NCBI GenBank assembly: GCA_903845195.1
Contig: CAIMWO010000093.1
Span: 1 to 42,624 of the forward strand
Direction: 5' to 3'
DNA: 42,624 bases
DNA from: an uncultured Phycisphaerales bacterium
GTDB lineage: Bacteria > Planctomycetota > Phycisphaerae > WQYP01
The first letter of the stretch is position 1; each line of letters begins with the position of its first letter. The notes below the pieces were generated by a model. It did no database searches, was not told the origin of the DNA, and saw nothing but the letters and a program-made list of their open reading frames with translations. Positions 12,582-20,827 of this stretch are shown here, piece after piece. A program made the position numbers and the translations under genes.

Positions 12582-12671
12582 AGTTCCTCCGAACTTCTTT
12601 TCAGATCCGCCAGTCTAGCCCATCCCCCCCGGTCATTCAAACGCTGCTATTAGGAGAATAGGTGAAATACC

Positions 12672-12712
12672 GGGTGCCATGCCCAGTGGGGCAGGGGCCC
12701 CGCTGGGCATGC
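12672..12712. repeat. REP-like palindromic element, copy B.
   Basis: Contains gggtgccatgcccagtggggcaggggccccgctgggcatgcc. It is intergenic between atpC and the dehydrogenase gene. Confidence 0.85.
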
Positions 12713-12751
12713 CTCGTTGGGCGGGCCTCGCTGCAATGCTCAGCCACAAGA

Positions 12752-13762
12752 TTACGCCAGCATCGCCGCCTTCTCCCGCGAAACGCTCCACTCCAACCGC
12801 TCGCCCCGCAGAAACCGCCCCAGCTCCCCAATCGCCGACTCCCCCATCCGCTTGCTCTCCGATTCGCACGAACCCGCCACGTGCGGCGTCAAAAACACAT
12901 TCCCCAACTCGTATAATGCCGACCCCGCCTCCGGCGGCTCCGGATACGTCACATCCAGCACCGCCACCAGATCCGGCCGCTGCCGCAACACCTCGATCAT
13001 CTCCGCCTCCCGCACGATTGCTCCGCGCGACGTGTTGATAAACGTCGCCCCCTTCTTCATCGCCGCAAAATGCGCCCCGGTGATCATGCCCACTGTCTGC
13101 GGCAGCCACGGCGTATGCAGACTCACCACATCCGACCGCCCGAACAACTCCTCCAACCCCACCAGTTCCACCTTCAACTCCCGCGCCACCTCCGGCTTCA
13201 CAAATGGATCGTACGCCACCACCTTCAATTCATACGCCTGCAGCATCCGCGCCACCCGCTGCCCGATCATCCCCAGGCTGATCAACCCGACCGTGCTCGT
13301 CGGCATCACCCCCGCCATCGGCAACCGCCCGGGCCGCTCGGTCCCCTTCGCCCCATGCATCCGCCGCATGTGCATCCAGGTCTGCTTCATGCTCAGCACG
13401 ATTTGCGCCACCGTGTACTCCGCCACCGGTACCGCATTCATCGCCCACGCCGATGTCACAATCAGACCCCGCTCCCAAAATGCATCGCTGACAAATCCGC
13501 GAATCGTCCCGCCCGCATAAAACACCCCCTTCAGCCGCGGCGCATGCGCCAGCATCGCCGCATCCAGCTTCGGCATGCCCCACGCCCCGATCACCACATC
13601 CGCCTCCCGCAATATCTCCGGATTCGCCTGCACCATCTCGGCCGTCTGCGGCGGTGCGTAAAACTCCACCATCTCGCCCAGCCGCCCCTGCTGCTCCGCC
13701 GTAAATACGTGATTCCACATCCCGCCCATACCCACAAATAAGCCCTTCATCCGTGCACTCAT
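12752..13762 (-). CDS. D-isomer-specific 2-hydroxyacid dehydrogenase family protein (NAD-binding).
   Basis: NAD-binding motif GLISLGMIGQRVARML, catalytic region with His (LTPHVAGS) and overall family architecture. Confidence 0.85.
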   Translation of the reverse strand: MSARMKGLFVGMGGMWNHVFTAEQQGRLGEMVEFYAPPQTAEMVQANPEILREADVVIGAWGMPKLDAAMLAHAPRLKGVFYAGGTIRGFVSDAFWERGLIVTSAWAMNAVPVAEYTVAQIVLSMKQTWMHMRRMHGAKGTERPGRLPMAGVMPTSTVGLISLGMIGQRVARMLQAYELKVVAYDPFVKPEVARELKVELVGLEELFGRSDVVSLHTPWLPQTVGMITGAHFAAMKKGATFINTSRGAIVREAEMIEVLRQRPDLVAVLDVTYPEPPEAGSALYELGNVFLTPHVAGSCESESKRMGESAIGELGRFLRGERLEWSVSREKAAMLA

Positions 13763-13945
13763 CTGATTCGTCCTTACTACACGCCATGGCGGTGGGCATA
13801 TACATGATCTTCAGGTTCCGCCAACTCGGTCCCTATCTTACTCCCATGAACCCAATTCGTCGGCGCACATGCATCGTGCCCGGCTGAATCCTATACTGAT
13901 CCAGCGGCCTCTTTTCCGCGCCGCACCTCCGGAGACCCTCTGGCC

Positions 13946-14779
13946 ATGTTTTTCCAGCCCCACATCCAGGAACAGGAAGTCCCCTGCCAGCGCCTCGCCC
14001 CCGCCTTCGACGGCCTATCCATCCTCCACCTCTCTGACCTCCACATCACACGCTGGACCCAGCAACTCGCCCGCTGGCATTCGCTCCTGGCGAAAATCCA
14101 ACCCCACGTCCTCGTCATCACCGGTGACCTCGGCCACCGCTCCTGGCGCTGGAAAGAATCCTTCATCAACCTCCAACGCCTCCTCGAACCCCTCACCCCG
14201 CCCCTCGGCACCTTCTTCATCCTCGGCAATCATGACTCCGCCAAACTCGGACCCGCCCTCGCCCAAACCACCGACTCCGCCGGCCACCCCCGCATCCTCC
14301 TCAAAAACCAGGCCGCCTTCTTCTCTGCCTCCCGCAAAAAAATCAGCGTCGAGCTGCCCGATGAAACTTCTGACTCCCGATCCGCCGCCCCCGTCTCGTC
14401 AAAAACTCCCCGCCTCGCCCTTATCGGCCTGCACCAGCACCGCCGCATCGATACCGACATCCCCTCCGCCATGCGCCACGTCCGCCCCGCAGACTTCAAA
14501 CTCATGCTCCTCCACTACCCCGACCTCGTCCACCCCGCCATCGCCGCCGGCGCCGACGTCTGCCTCGCAGGCCACACCCACGGCGGACAGATCTGCTGGC
14601 CCGACGGCAAACCTCTCTTCCGCCAGGACACCCTCGACCCCAACCAATGCACCGGCATGCACCGCATCAACGGCGCCTGGATGATCGTCAACCGCGGCCT
14701 CGGCGTCGCCGGTCTCCGCGTCCGCCTCTTCTGCCCCCCCGAAGCCCTCCTCCTCACCCTCCGCTCCACCAAACCCTAA
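13946..14779 (+). CDS. Metallophosphoesterase (calcineurin-like phosphoesterase).
   Basis: Motifs LHLSDLH, GDLGHRS, GNHD and GHTHGGQ match calcineurin-like phosphoesterase signatures. Confidence 0.8.
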   Translation: MFFQPHIQEQEVPCQRLAPAFDGLSILHLSDLHITRWTQQLARWHSLLAKIQPHVLVITGDLGHRSWRWKESFINLQRLLEPLTPPLGTFFILGNHDSAKLGPALAQTTDSAGHPRILLKNQAAFFSASRKKISVELPDETSDSRSAAPVSSKTPRLALIGLHQHRRIDTDIPSAMRHVRPADFKLMLLHYPDLVHPAIAAGADVCLAGHTHGGQICWPDGKPLFRQDTLDPNQCTGMHRINGAWMIVNRGLGVAGLRVRLFCPPEALLLTLRSTKP

Positions 14780-14803
14780 ACGCTACGTCACGCATGAACT
14801 TCC

Positions 14804-14843
14804 GGGTGCCATGCCCAGTGGGGCAGGGGCCCCGCTGGGCATG
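14804..14843. repeat. REP-like palindromic element, copy C.
   Basis: Contains gggtgccatgcccagtggggcaggggccccgctgggcatg. It is intergenic between convergent genes. Confidence 0.85.
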
Positions 14844-14999
14844 TTTGTCGCTATTAACCGCAAGATGGGAACCCGCGGCGCAACGGACCAGCACGCTCAA
14901 ACGGTCCCATCGATCCCGCGCCAACGTCGCCACTATCCTTGTCTCGGCGCTCGTCCATGTCATCCCGCGCAGGCCTATCTTCGATCAAGACCGTCTTCT

Positions 15000-15443
15000 T
15001 CAGCCCTTCCGCTCTTTCGCCGCCGCATTGAGCAACTTTTGTACCGCCCTCGCCTGCGGGTCTTTTCGGCGGGCAGCACGGTCGATCGCCGTCAGTTGCA
15101 TCCATCCCGCGATCGTCGGATCAGCCCCCGCGCGGATCAGCCGCTCCGCCATCGCCGGCGAGCACTTGCCAGCGCAGCTGCCCAGCGGCGTATTGCCAAT
15201 GACGCGCTCATCATGCGCATTGACGTTGGCTCCCGCCTCGATCAGTCGGTCGACGACTGCCGAGTGCTCACCATCGGCCGCGTAATGCAGCGTCGTCTTG
15301 CCCAGCTCATCGAAGCGGTTGACCGGATAACCCCGCGTCAGAAGGTCTTCCACCTTCGCCAGATCCCCGTGTTGCGCAGCAGAGTGCAACTGCTCCCGCT
15401 GAAACTGTGCCGCCAAGTCATCTTTCATCGTTAACTCGCTCAT
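15000..15443 (-). CDS. Ankyrin-repeat protein.
   Basis: Three or four ANK repeats (TTLHYAADGEHSAVVDRLIEAGANVNAHDE..., GNTPLGSCAGKCSPAMAERLIRAGADPT). Confidence 0.75.
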   Translation of the reverse strand: MSELTMKDDLAAQFQREQLHSAAQHGDLAKVEDLLTRGYPVNRFDELGKTTLHYAADGEHSAVVDRLIEAGANVNAHDERVIGNTPLGSCAGKCSPAMAERLIRAGADPTIAGWMQLTAIDRAARRKDPQARAVQKLLNAAAKERKG

Positions 15444-15523
15444 ACGGTGAATACTCGAATGCTTCGTAACGTACTACTATTCGCGTACGCTGGTCAACGC
15501 CCACCATTCCCGCGTGTCATACG

Positions 15524-15552
15524 GGGTACAGGCCCCCTCAGGCATGCGTCGC
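15524..15552. repeat. Partial (right-half) copy of the REP-like element (gggtacaggccccctcaggcatgcgtcgc).
   Basis: Matches the diverged right arm of copy A' at 7540-7568, including the ggcatgcgtcgc tail. Confidence 0.5.
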
Positions 15553-15701
15553 ACCCTCCACCCATCACGCCTGATCACCCGCCGATGCAGTGGACCGAGC
15601 CGGCGCCTAAGATCCTGGTGGTTCGAGAGCCGGTGGGGTGCCGGTGCCGCCACTGATCGGCGTTACGTGAGGCGGTCAGAGCGCACAGAAAGGAGATTGC
15701 G

Positions 15702-16046
15702 ATGGGAAATGAACAGGCCGCACCTGAGACGAAAGGTGTCACGGTGGAGCTGCTGGCAGCGCTTGACCTTGGCCCTGAAATCGAGGGCATGGCAGGGCGC
15801 CAATTTCGCATGCGGTTGGTGACCATCAAACCTGGTGGCGTTTTCGGCCCGGTTCACGACCATAAAGACCGGCCGGGCATGGTCTACATACTGCAAGGAA
15901 CGATCACTGATCATCGAAATGGAGTGGCCAAGGACTATGGGCCGGGAGTGGGCTGGCCCGAGGATAGGAACACCACGCACTGGCTTGAGAACAGAGGAAC
16001 AACGCCGGCGGTGGAGATCTCGGTCGATATTGTCAGAGCAACCTGA
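15702..16046 (+). CDS. Cupin-domain protein.
   Basis: Contains cupin motifs such as PVHDHKDRPGMVYILQG. A strong AGGAGA RBS lies upstream. Confidence 0.75.
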   Translation: MGNEQAAPETKGVTVELLAALDLGPEIEGMAGRQFRMRLVTIKPGGVFGPVHDHKDRPGMVYILQGTITDHRNGVAKDYGPGVGWPEDRNTTHWLENRGTTPAVEISVDIVRAT

Positions 16047-16104
16047 GCCCGACACTTGATCGACATCCCATATGGGCCAAGTCCGCTCCGCCTGATGAGC
16101 CTGA

Positions 16105-17472
16105 TCACACCTCCACCGTCTGCCCGCGCTCCGCAATTGTCACACTCCCAAACCCCGCCGCACCCAGCGCCTTGCGATGGGCCTCCGCCGCCTCGATTTC
16201 CCCATGCACCAGGTACACCTTCGCACCCTTCAGCGGCCGCGTGTAATTCACCAGCTCCTCCCCGTCCGCATGGGCGCTCAATCCGTCGATCTGCTCCACA
16301 TGACACCGCAGCGGAATCATGTCCCCCAAAATCGGCACCTCCGGCAAGCGATCATGGATCTTCCGCCCCAGCGTTCCCGCCCCCTGGTATCCCGCCAGCA
16401 GCACCGTGCACCGCGCATCCCGCAAATGATGCTTCAAATGATGCAATATCCGTCCGCCTTCACACATCCCGCTGCTCGCAATAATCACCAGCGGCCCCGA
16501 CATCTGATTCAGCTTCATGCTCTCCTGCACGCTCGCCGTGTACGTGAGAAACTCCTCATCGAACGGCTCAAACATTGCCCGCGTCTCATCGTCCCACAGA
16601 TTTTCATACGTCCGGAACACCTCCGTCAGCCGCGTCGCCAGCGGAGAATCCACAAACACCCGCAACTTCGCCGGTATCTTTCCCTGACTTCGCAACTCGT
16701 TAATCTGCTGCACCATCGTCTGCGTCCGTCCCAGCGCAAACGCCGGAATCATCAGGATCCCACCCCGCGCCGCCGTCTCGCCGATGATCCGCGCCATCGC
16801 CTTGGGCACATCCGCCACCGGCCCATGCTTCCTCCCGCCATACGTGCATTCCGATATCACCGCGTTCGCCTGCGTAAATGGAATCGGATCCTCCAGAATC
16901 GGCGCATCCGGCCGCCCCACGTCGCCCGTGAACACCAGCGACCGCCCGCTGGCCGTCTCCACGATCCGTATCGCCGCGCTCCCCAGCACGTGCCCCGCCT
17001 CGTGCAATTCCACCGTGAACCCGCCAAAATCCCGCGGCTGCGCATACTCCAGCGGCGCAAACAATCCGATCGTCTTCTGCGCATCCTCCTGCGTGTACAG
17101 CGGCTCGATCTTCCCCTGCCAGCTCCTCTGCGTCTTCTGATTCAAATACGCCGCATCTTCTTCCTGGATCTTCGCCGAATCCATCAGCATCAATGCCGAC
17201 AATGCCGCCGTCGCCTTCGTGCAGTAAATCTTCCCCTTAAACCCCTGCTTCACCAGGTTTGGCAAATTCCCCACATGATCCATGTGCCCATGCGACAGCA
17301 GCACCATCTCCACCGTCTTCGGATCGAAATCAAATTTCGTATTGATCTGCCGCGCCAGCGCCCGCGGTCCCTGGAACAACCCGCAATCCAACACGATCCG
17401 CCGCCCCCCAATCTGCACCTCATGCAAACTCCCCGTCACCGTCCGGCACGCCCCGTGAAATACAATCTTCAT
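16105..17472 (-). CDS. MBL-fold metallo-hydrolase of the beta-CASP family (RNA-processing RNase J/CPSF-like).
   Basis: HxHxDH motif (LLSHGHMDHVGN), a beta-CASP domain and a C-terminal RMMBL region. The protein is 455 aa. Confidence 0.85.
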   Translation of the reverse strand: MKIVFHGACRTVTGSLHEVQIGGRRIVLDCGLFQGPRALARQINTKFDFDPKTVEMVLLSHGHMDHVGNLPNLVKQGFKGKIYCTKATAALSALMLMDSAKIQEEDAAYLNQKTQRSWQGKIEPLYTQEDAQKTIGLFAPLEYAQPRDFGGFTVELHEAGHVLGSAAIRIVETASGRSLVFTGDVGRPDAPILEDPIPFTQANAVISECTYGGRKHGPVADVPKAMARIIGETAARGGILMIPAFALGRTQTMVQQINELRSQGKIPAKLRVFVDSPLATRLTEVFRTYENLWDDETRAMFEPFDEEFLTYTASVQESMKLNQMSGPLVIIASSGMCEGGRILHHLKHHLRDARCTVLLAGYQGAGTLGRKIHDRLPEVPILGDMIPLRCHVEQIDGLSAHADGEELVNYTRPLKGAKVYLVHGEIEAAEAHRKALGAAGFGSVTIAERGQTVEV

Positions 17473-17495
17473 GCTCGCCTCTGAAAAATGGAAAG

Positions 17496-17574
17496 TAGAA
17501 AATGGAGAATAGAAAATAGAAAAACGTGGAAGCCCTCGCGGCTCCTTTTTCTATTTTCTATTTTTCATTTTCTA
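17496..17574. terminator. Long AT-rich hairpin. A 29-bp imperfect stem (tagaaaatggagaatagaaaatagaaaaa / tttttctattttctatttttcattttcta) encloses a 21-nt GC-rich loop, followed on the minus-strand transcript by a U-rich tract.
   Basis: Inverted repeat seen directly. It lies in the 85-nt spacer between the dipeptidase stop (which falls inside the stem) and the MBL RNase start. Confidence 0.6.
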
Positions 17575-18580
17575 TTCCCAGTACACGCGCCCAATTCCCC
17601 CACGCAAACCGCTCGATCTCCTCGTCGCTCCAGCCCGCGCCTGCCAGCGCATCGCCGAGCGCATCGACCTTCTCCGCCGAATCCAATCCCTCCGGCAGCA
17701 GCGTCGCATCAAATCCTCCATCCATATCCGATCCTAGCGCCAAAAAGTCCCGCCGCCCCGCAACATCCTCAAAGTACGCGATGTGCCGCAGCACATCCGC
17801 AATCGTCGCCCGCTGGCCGGTGGGGGGGCTGACTAAAAATTTCTGAAACAGCACCACCCCGATCACCCCGCCCTGCGCCACCAGCGCCCGTATCTGCGCA
17901 TCCGACAAATGCCGCTCCGGATGTTGTTTTCCCGGCAGCAGCGCACGCGGGTTCGAATGCGTCGCCACCTTCAAATTTTTTCCCCCCTCCATCAATTCCC
18001 AAAACGCCTGCTCGCTCAGATGCGACACATCATGGATCACGCCGCGCCGATCCAACTCCGCCACCAACTGCCATCCCGCCGGCGTAATCCCTCCGCCGCT
18101 CTGATCCCCGCCCGCCCACTGCGAACCCTCCGCCCACGTCAAACTCACCACCCGCACCCCCGCCTCATAAAATTCCCGAAAATCCTCCACCCCCCGCAAA
18201 CAAGCCGCCCCCTCAATCATGAGGACAATGTGTGGCAAATCCTGCCCGCCGTTTCGTGTTTCGCGTTTCGTGTTTCGCGTTTCCCGATACCACTCCAACT
18301 GCCTCACCCCCGCCTCATGCGCCTCTTCCCGCGTGTCATAACTCCACGGCCCATCGCAAACCTCCACCCCGCGCCGCTTCGCCTCCTCCTCCCGCACCCG
18401 CTTCTGCACAAAGATCGTCCCCAGCGCCCCGCGCACCCCGCCCGCCGCCATCGCCGGGAACGTCACCGCCGCCGGCAATTGATCGCCCCCGCATTCCCCC
18501 AGCCCCTTGGTCATATCCCGCCCGCGCGCAGCCAGATACGCCAAATCCAGATGCCCATCAAACCATCGCCGCCGCGCCAT
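17558..18580 (-). CDS. Membrane dipeptidase (peptidase family M19).
   Basis: Contains the N-terminal FDGHLDL motif plus the conserved His/Glu ligand layout of M19. It carries an in-frame ETRNTKRETRNGG insert encoded by heptamer repeats at 18251-18284. Confidence 0.85.
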   Translation of the reverse strand: MARRRWFDGHLDLAYLAARGRDMTKGLGECGGDQLPAAVTFPAMAAGGVRGALGTIFVQKRVREEEAKRRGVEVCDGPWSYDTREEAHEAGVRQLEWYRETRNTKRETRNGGQDLPHIVLMIEGAACLRGVEDFREFYEAGVRVVSLTWAEGSQWAGGDQSGGGITPAGWQLVAELDRRGVIHDVSHLSEQAFWELMEGGKNLKVATHSNPRALLPGKQHPERHLSDAQIRALVAQGGVIGVVLFQKFLVSPPTGQRATIADVLRHIAYFEDVAGRRDFLALGSDMDGGFDATLLPEGLDSAEKVDALGDALAGAGWSDEEIERFAWGNWARVLGIENEK

Positions 18581-18604
18581 CCCTGCCTCGCCTGCAATCT
18601 TCGC

Positions 18605-19171
18605 TTACTTCTTCCCATACGTAATCTGCACGATCGTCGTATTGTCGTCGTTGCCCGTCGCCGTGATCGTCACCGTACGTCCTTCCTTCGTGCAGATGAG
18701 TGTCGTCGTCGCTCCGATGTTCACCACGTTGTCTTCCTTCCATCCCTGCCCCGGCAACTCCTTCTGATAATACTGAATCACGTCCGCCCCAACCTTCCCC
18801 GATGCCGTGAACATCGCCATGCCCGCCTCCCGCGCCTTGTCGCTGTAGCTCATCGTCGGACTCATCCCGCTGAAGATCGGCACATCCGACGGAAAATTGT
18901 CCGGCAGCTTCGCGACCGCCCCCTCTGTCACCCCGCCCATGCTCATCCCCTGACGCCGCGCGTCTGCCTTGGCCTGCTCTTCCATTTTCTCCATGCGCAT
19001 CGCCACCGACTTGGCCCCAGACCGCGCAAACCAGTAACAGGTCGTCAGACCCCCGCAGCAGCACACCATCAGCAATACTGCAACCCCCACGAGGATCCAC
19101 ACCAAGTTCGAATTCTTCTTCCCCGGCGGCGTCGGCGTACCACCCGTTCCCGGCATATTCTGCTGCGTCAT
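18605..19171 (-). CDS. Hypothetical membrane-anchored protein: N-terminal TM helix followed by a soluble domain.
   Basis: A TM segment LVWILVGVAVLLMVCCCGGL is followed by a ~130-aa domain. It is co-directional with its flanking genes. Confidence 0.55.
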   Translation of the reverse strand: MTQQNMPGTGGTPTPPGKKNSNLVWILVGVAVLLMVCCCGGLTTCYWFARSGAKSVAMRMEKMEEQAKADARRQGMSMGGVTEGAVAKLPDNFPSDVPIFSGMSPTMSYSDKAREAGMAMFTASGKVGADVIQYYQKELPGQGWKEDNVVNIGATTTLICTKEGRTVTITATGNDDNTTIVQITYGKK

Positions 19172-19222
19172 GTCCCACGCTCCTTAAAAGCGGACCACGA
19201 ACTACTGACAACTGACCAATGC

Positions 19223-19720
19223 CTACTTAATCAACGTCATATGCCCAATCAGCGGCAAACCCTTCTTCTGACCGTTGGCCGCTTGAATGATGCCGTAAAT
19301 CGTGGCCGCCAGCGCTCCTATCAACAACGCCGGCTGCACCAGCCGGAAAATGCACGCGAAGAAATAAAAGACGATCGGGATATTGGAAGAGAAGAAATGA
19401 CTCACCATCCAGTACAAGCCTTCCAGTACCGCCACGCCGATCACCGCGATAAACCAGATAATGAATACCATCAATCCCTGGTTCGCATGATACCGGGCAA
19501 ACTTCGAGTTCGGCGCCGCCAAGAGCGGGATCAAAAACAAAATGTATCCCAAAATCGCCATCGCCTTGTTGGCTTCTACATCCGGATCCACCGGCTCCTT
19601 CGGCGCCTCCGCCTCCTCATCCGCTTTGATAATCACCGGCACCGGCGGCACAAAGTCCGGATCGCCCGGCAACGGCTTCTTCGCATCCGGTTTCAGATCG
19701 TAACCCCCGTCCTCGCTCAT
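19223..19720 (-). CDS. DUF4870-family small membrane protein.
   Basis: The core ILGYILFLIPLLA...KFARYHANQGLMVF is characteristic of DUF4870. It has an acidic/proline-rich N-terminus. Confidence 0.6.
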   Translation of the reverse strand: MSEDGGYDLKPDAKKPLPGDPDFVPPVPVIIKADEEAEAPKEPVDPDVEANKAMAILGYILFLIPLLAAPNSKFARYHANQGLMVFIIWFIAVIGVAVLEGLYWMVSHFFSSNIPIVFYFFACIFRLVQPALLIGALAATIYGIIQAANGQKKGLPLIGHMTLIK

Positions 19721-19822
19721 ACTTCACCCTTTCAAAAACATCACCTTCATGACACTATCCGTATAATCCCCATTTGGCAATTCCTTGTTCACCCATAACC
19801 CATATCCCTTCAGGAGCTCCCC

Positions 19823-20695
19823 ATGAATCCCCCACCCCTCTCCCCCCCCCTCTCCCTCGGCCTCTGCTCCTGGTCCACCCGCCAGATCGAAGAGCCCGCA
19901 CTCCGCGCCGCCTTCCAACCCCTCGGCATCAACATCCTCCACCTCGCCCTCAGCCCCCTGGCCGAACTCGACCCCTCCGAACAAACCCACGCCCTCGCCC
20001 AGTTCCGCGCCTCGCCCCTCCAAATCTCCGCCGGCATGATCAGCTTCCCCGGTGAAGATTACCGCACCCTCGCCACCATCCGCGCCACCGGCGGCCTCGT
20101 CCCCGATGACCTCTTCCCCCAACGCCACGCCCTCCTCACCGCCTGCGCCCACCTCGCCCATCAACTCAACCTCCGCCTCGTCTCCACCCACGTCGGCTTC
20201 ATCCCCGCCCAGTCCGACCGCCCCAACTTCGACCGCCTCCGCGACCGCCTCGCATCCATCGCCGACCAGTTCGCCGCTCTCAACCTCACCCTCCTCTTCG
20301 AAACCGGACAGGAAACCGCCGATACCCTCGCCGACTTCCTCACCGTCCTCAACCGCCCTAACGTCGGCGTAAACTTCGACCCCGCCAACATGATCCTCTA
20401 CGGCAAAGGCGACCCCGTCGCCGCCATCCGCACCCTCGCCCCCTGGATCCAGCACGTCCACGCCAAAGACGCCCGCCTCGTCTCACCTCCCCCCAACGAT
20501 CCCACTGCCTGGCGCGCCCACGAAGCTCCACTCGGCCAAGGCGACGCCCACCTCCCCCAAGTCCTCACCGCCCTCAAACAAATCCACTACCCCGGCCCCC
20601 TCATCATCGAACGCGAAGCCACCTCCTCCCGCACCCAGGAAATCCTCGCCGACCTCACCTACCTCCGCTCCCTCATCCCAAAAAATGAAAATTGA
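19823..20695 (+). CDS. Sugar phosphate isomerase/epimerase (xylose isomerase-like TIM barrel).
   Basis: TIM-barrel AP-endonuclease-2 / xylose-isomerase-like motifs (LLFETGQE, VNFDPANM, HAKD). An AGGAG RBS lies upstream. Confidence 0.8.
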   Translation: MNPPPLSPPLSLGLCSWSTRQIEEPALRAAFQPLGINILHLALSPLAELDPSEQTHALAQFRASPLQISAGMISFPGEDYRTLATIRATGGLVPDDLFPQRHALLTACAHLAHQLNLRLVSTHVGFIPAQSDRPNFDRLRDRLASIADQFAALNLTLLFETGQETADTLADFLTVLNRPNVGVNFDPANMILYGKGDPVAAIRTLAPWIQHVHAKDARLVSPPPNDPTAWRAHEAPLGQGDAHLPQVLTALKQIHYPGPLIIEREATSSRTQEILADLTYLRSLIPKNEN

Positions 20696-20718
20696 AAATT
20701 GATAATTGAAAATTATTC
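20681..20718. repeat. A-rich heptad repeat (aaaaatgaaaattgaaaattgataattgaaaatt) containing the stop codon of the isomerase gene.
   Basis: Same TGAAAAY family. The TGA at 20693-20695 is embedded in it. Confidence 0.8.
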
Positions 20719-20827
20719 TCTCTCCCCCTTCCAGCGCTCGATTTCACGCAACTATTTCTGATGCCTTGCACCACGCCCCAACTCTTCACATCATTCACCC
20801 AGTCCCTTCCTCGCTACAGGTGCCCAC

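Noticed and set aside
17909-19798. 629-aa plus-strand ORF (R/H/P-rich) spanning three minus-strand genes.
   Set aside because: It is an antisense artefact of high GC. The minus-strand genes (dipeptidase, membrane proteins) have clear family signatures.
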